A stretch of DNA of 26,962 nt, taken from IMG/VR virus record IMGVR_UViG_3300025018_000474, positions 1 to 26,962 of that record. One strand, written 5' to 3'. A program made the position numbers and the translations under genes. The stretch comes from a virus (Duplodnaviria > Caudoviricetes). This document shows, in pieces, positions 26,955-26,962 of this stretch. The notes beneath the pieces were generated by a model that had not been told where the DNA came from, made no database searches, and saw nothing but the letters and a program-made list of their open reading frames with translations. Every line of letters begins with the position of its first letter. Within the stretch, counting starts at the first letter, position 1.

Positions 26955-26962
26955 ATTAGACC

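Overview
AT-rich fragment of a crAss-like (Crassvirales-type) bacteriophage genome, probably infecting a Bacteroidota host (perfect TTTG-N19-TAnnTTTG promoter, A-rich translation starts without Shine-Dalgarno sequences), read in the standard genetic code. Bases 1-12734 are a leftward morphogenesis operon: HU/IHF-like protein, conserved crAss protein, PD-(D/E)XK nuclease, C39-like peptidase, degenerate HAD protein, large terminase, portal, scaffold-like protein, major capsid protein and the following gene. After a divergent intergenic region the + strand carries early and replication genes: a 1-kb non-coding region dense in RNA-like structure, small membrane proteins, degenerate NUMOD4/HNH genes, a RepL-like protein, a Dda-like helicase split by a group I intron with a frameshifted GIY-YIG endonuclease, and a family A DNA polymerase. 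The most unusual observations are: (1) an array of small genes at about 17.5-19.5 kb bounded by attC-like TAAC...GTTA folding sites that themselves supply each gene's start codon and N-terminal leader, with no integrase in the window; (2) a tRNA-like cloverleaf nested in one of those sites; (3) a candidate ~270-nt multi-hairpin ncRNA; (4) two candidate small RNAs antisense to generic ATGAAAA translation starts; (5) a miniature paralog of part of the terminase ATPase domain next to an apparently inactive HAD enzyme. All family assignments come from motif recognition by eye, not from database searches.
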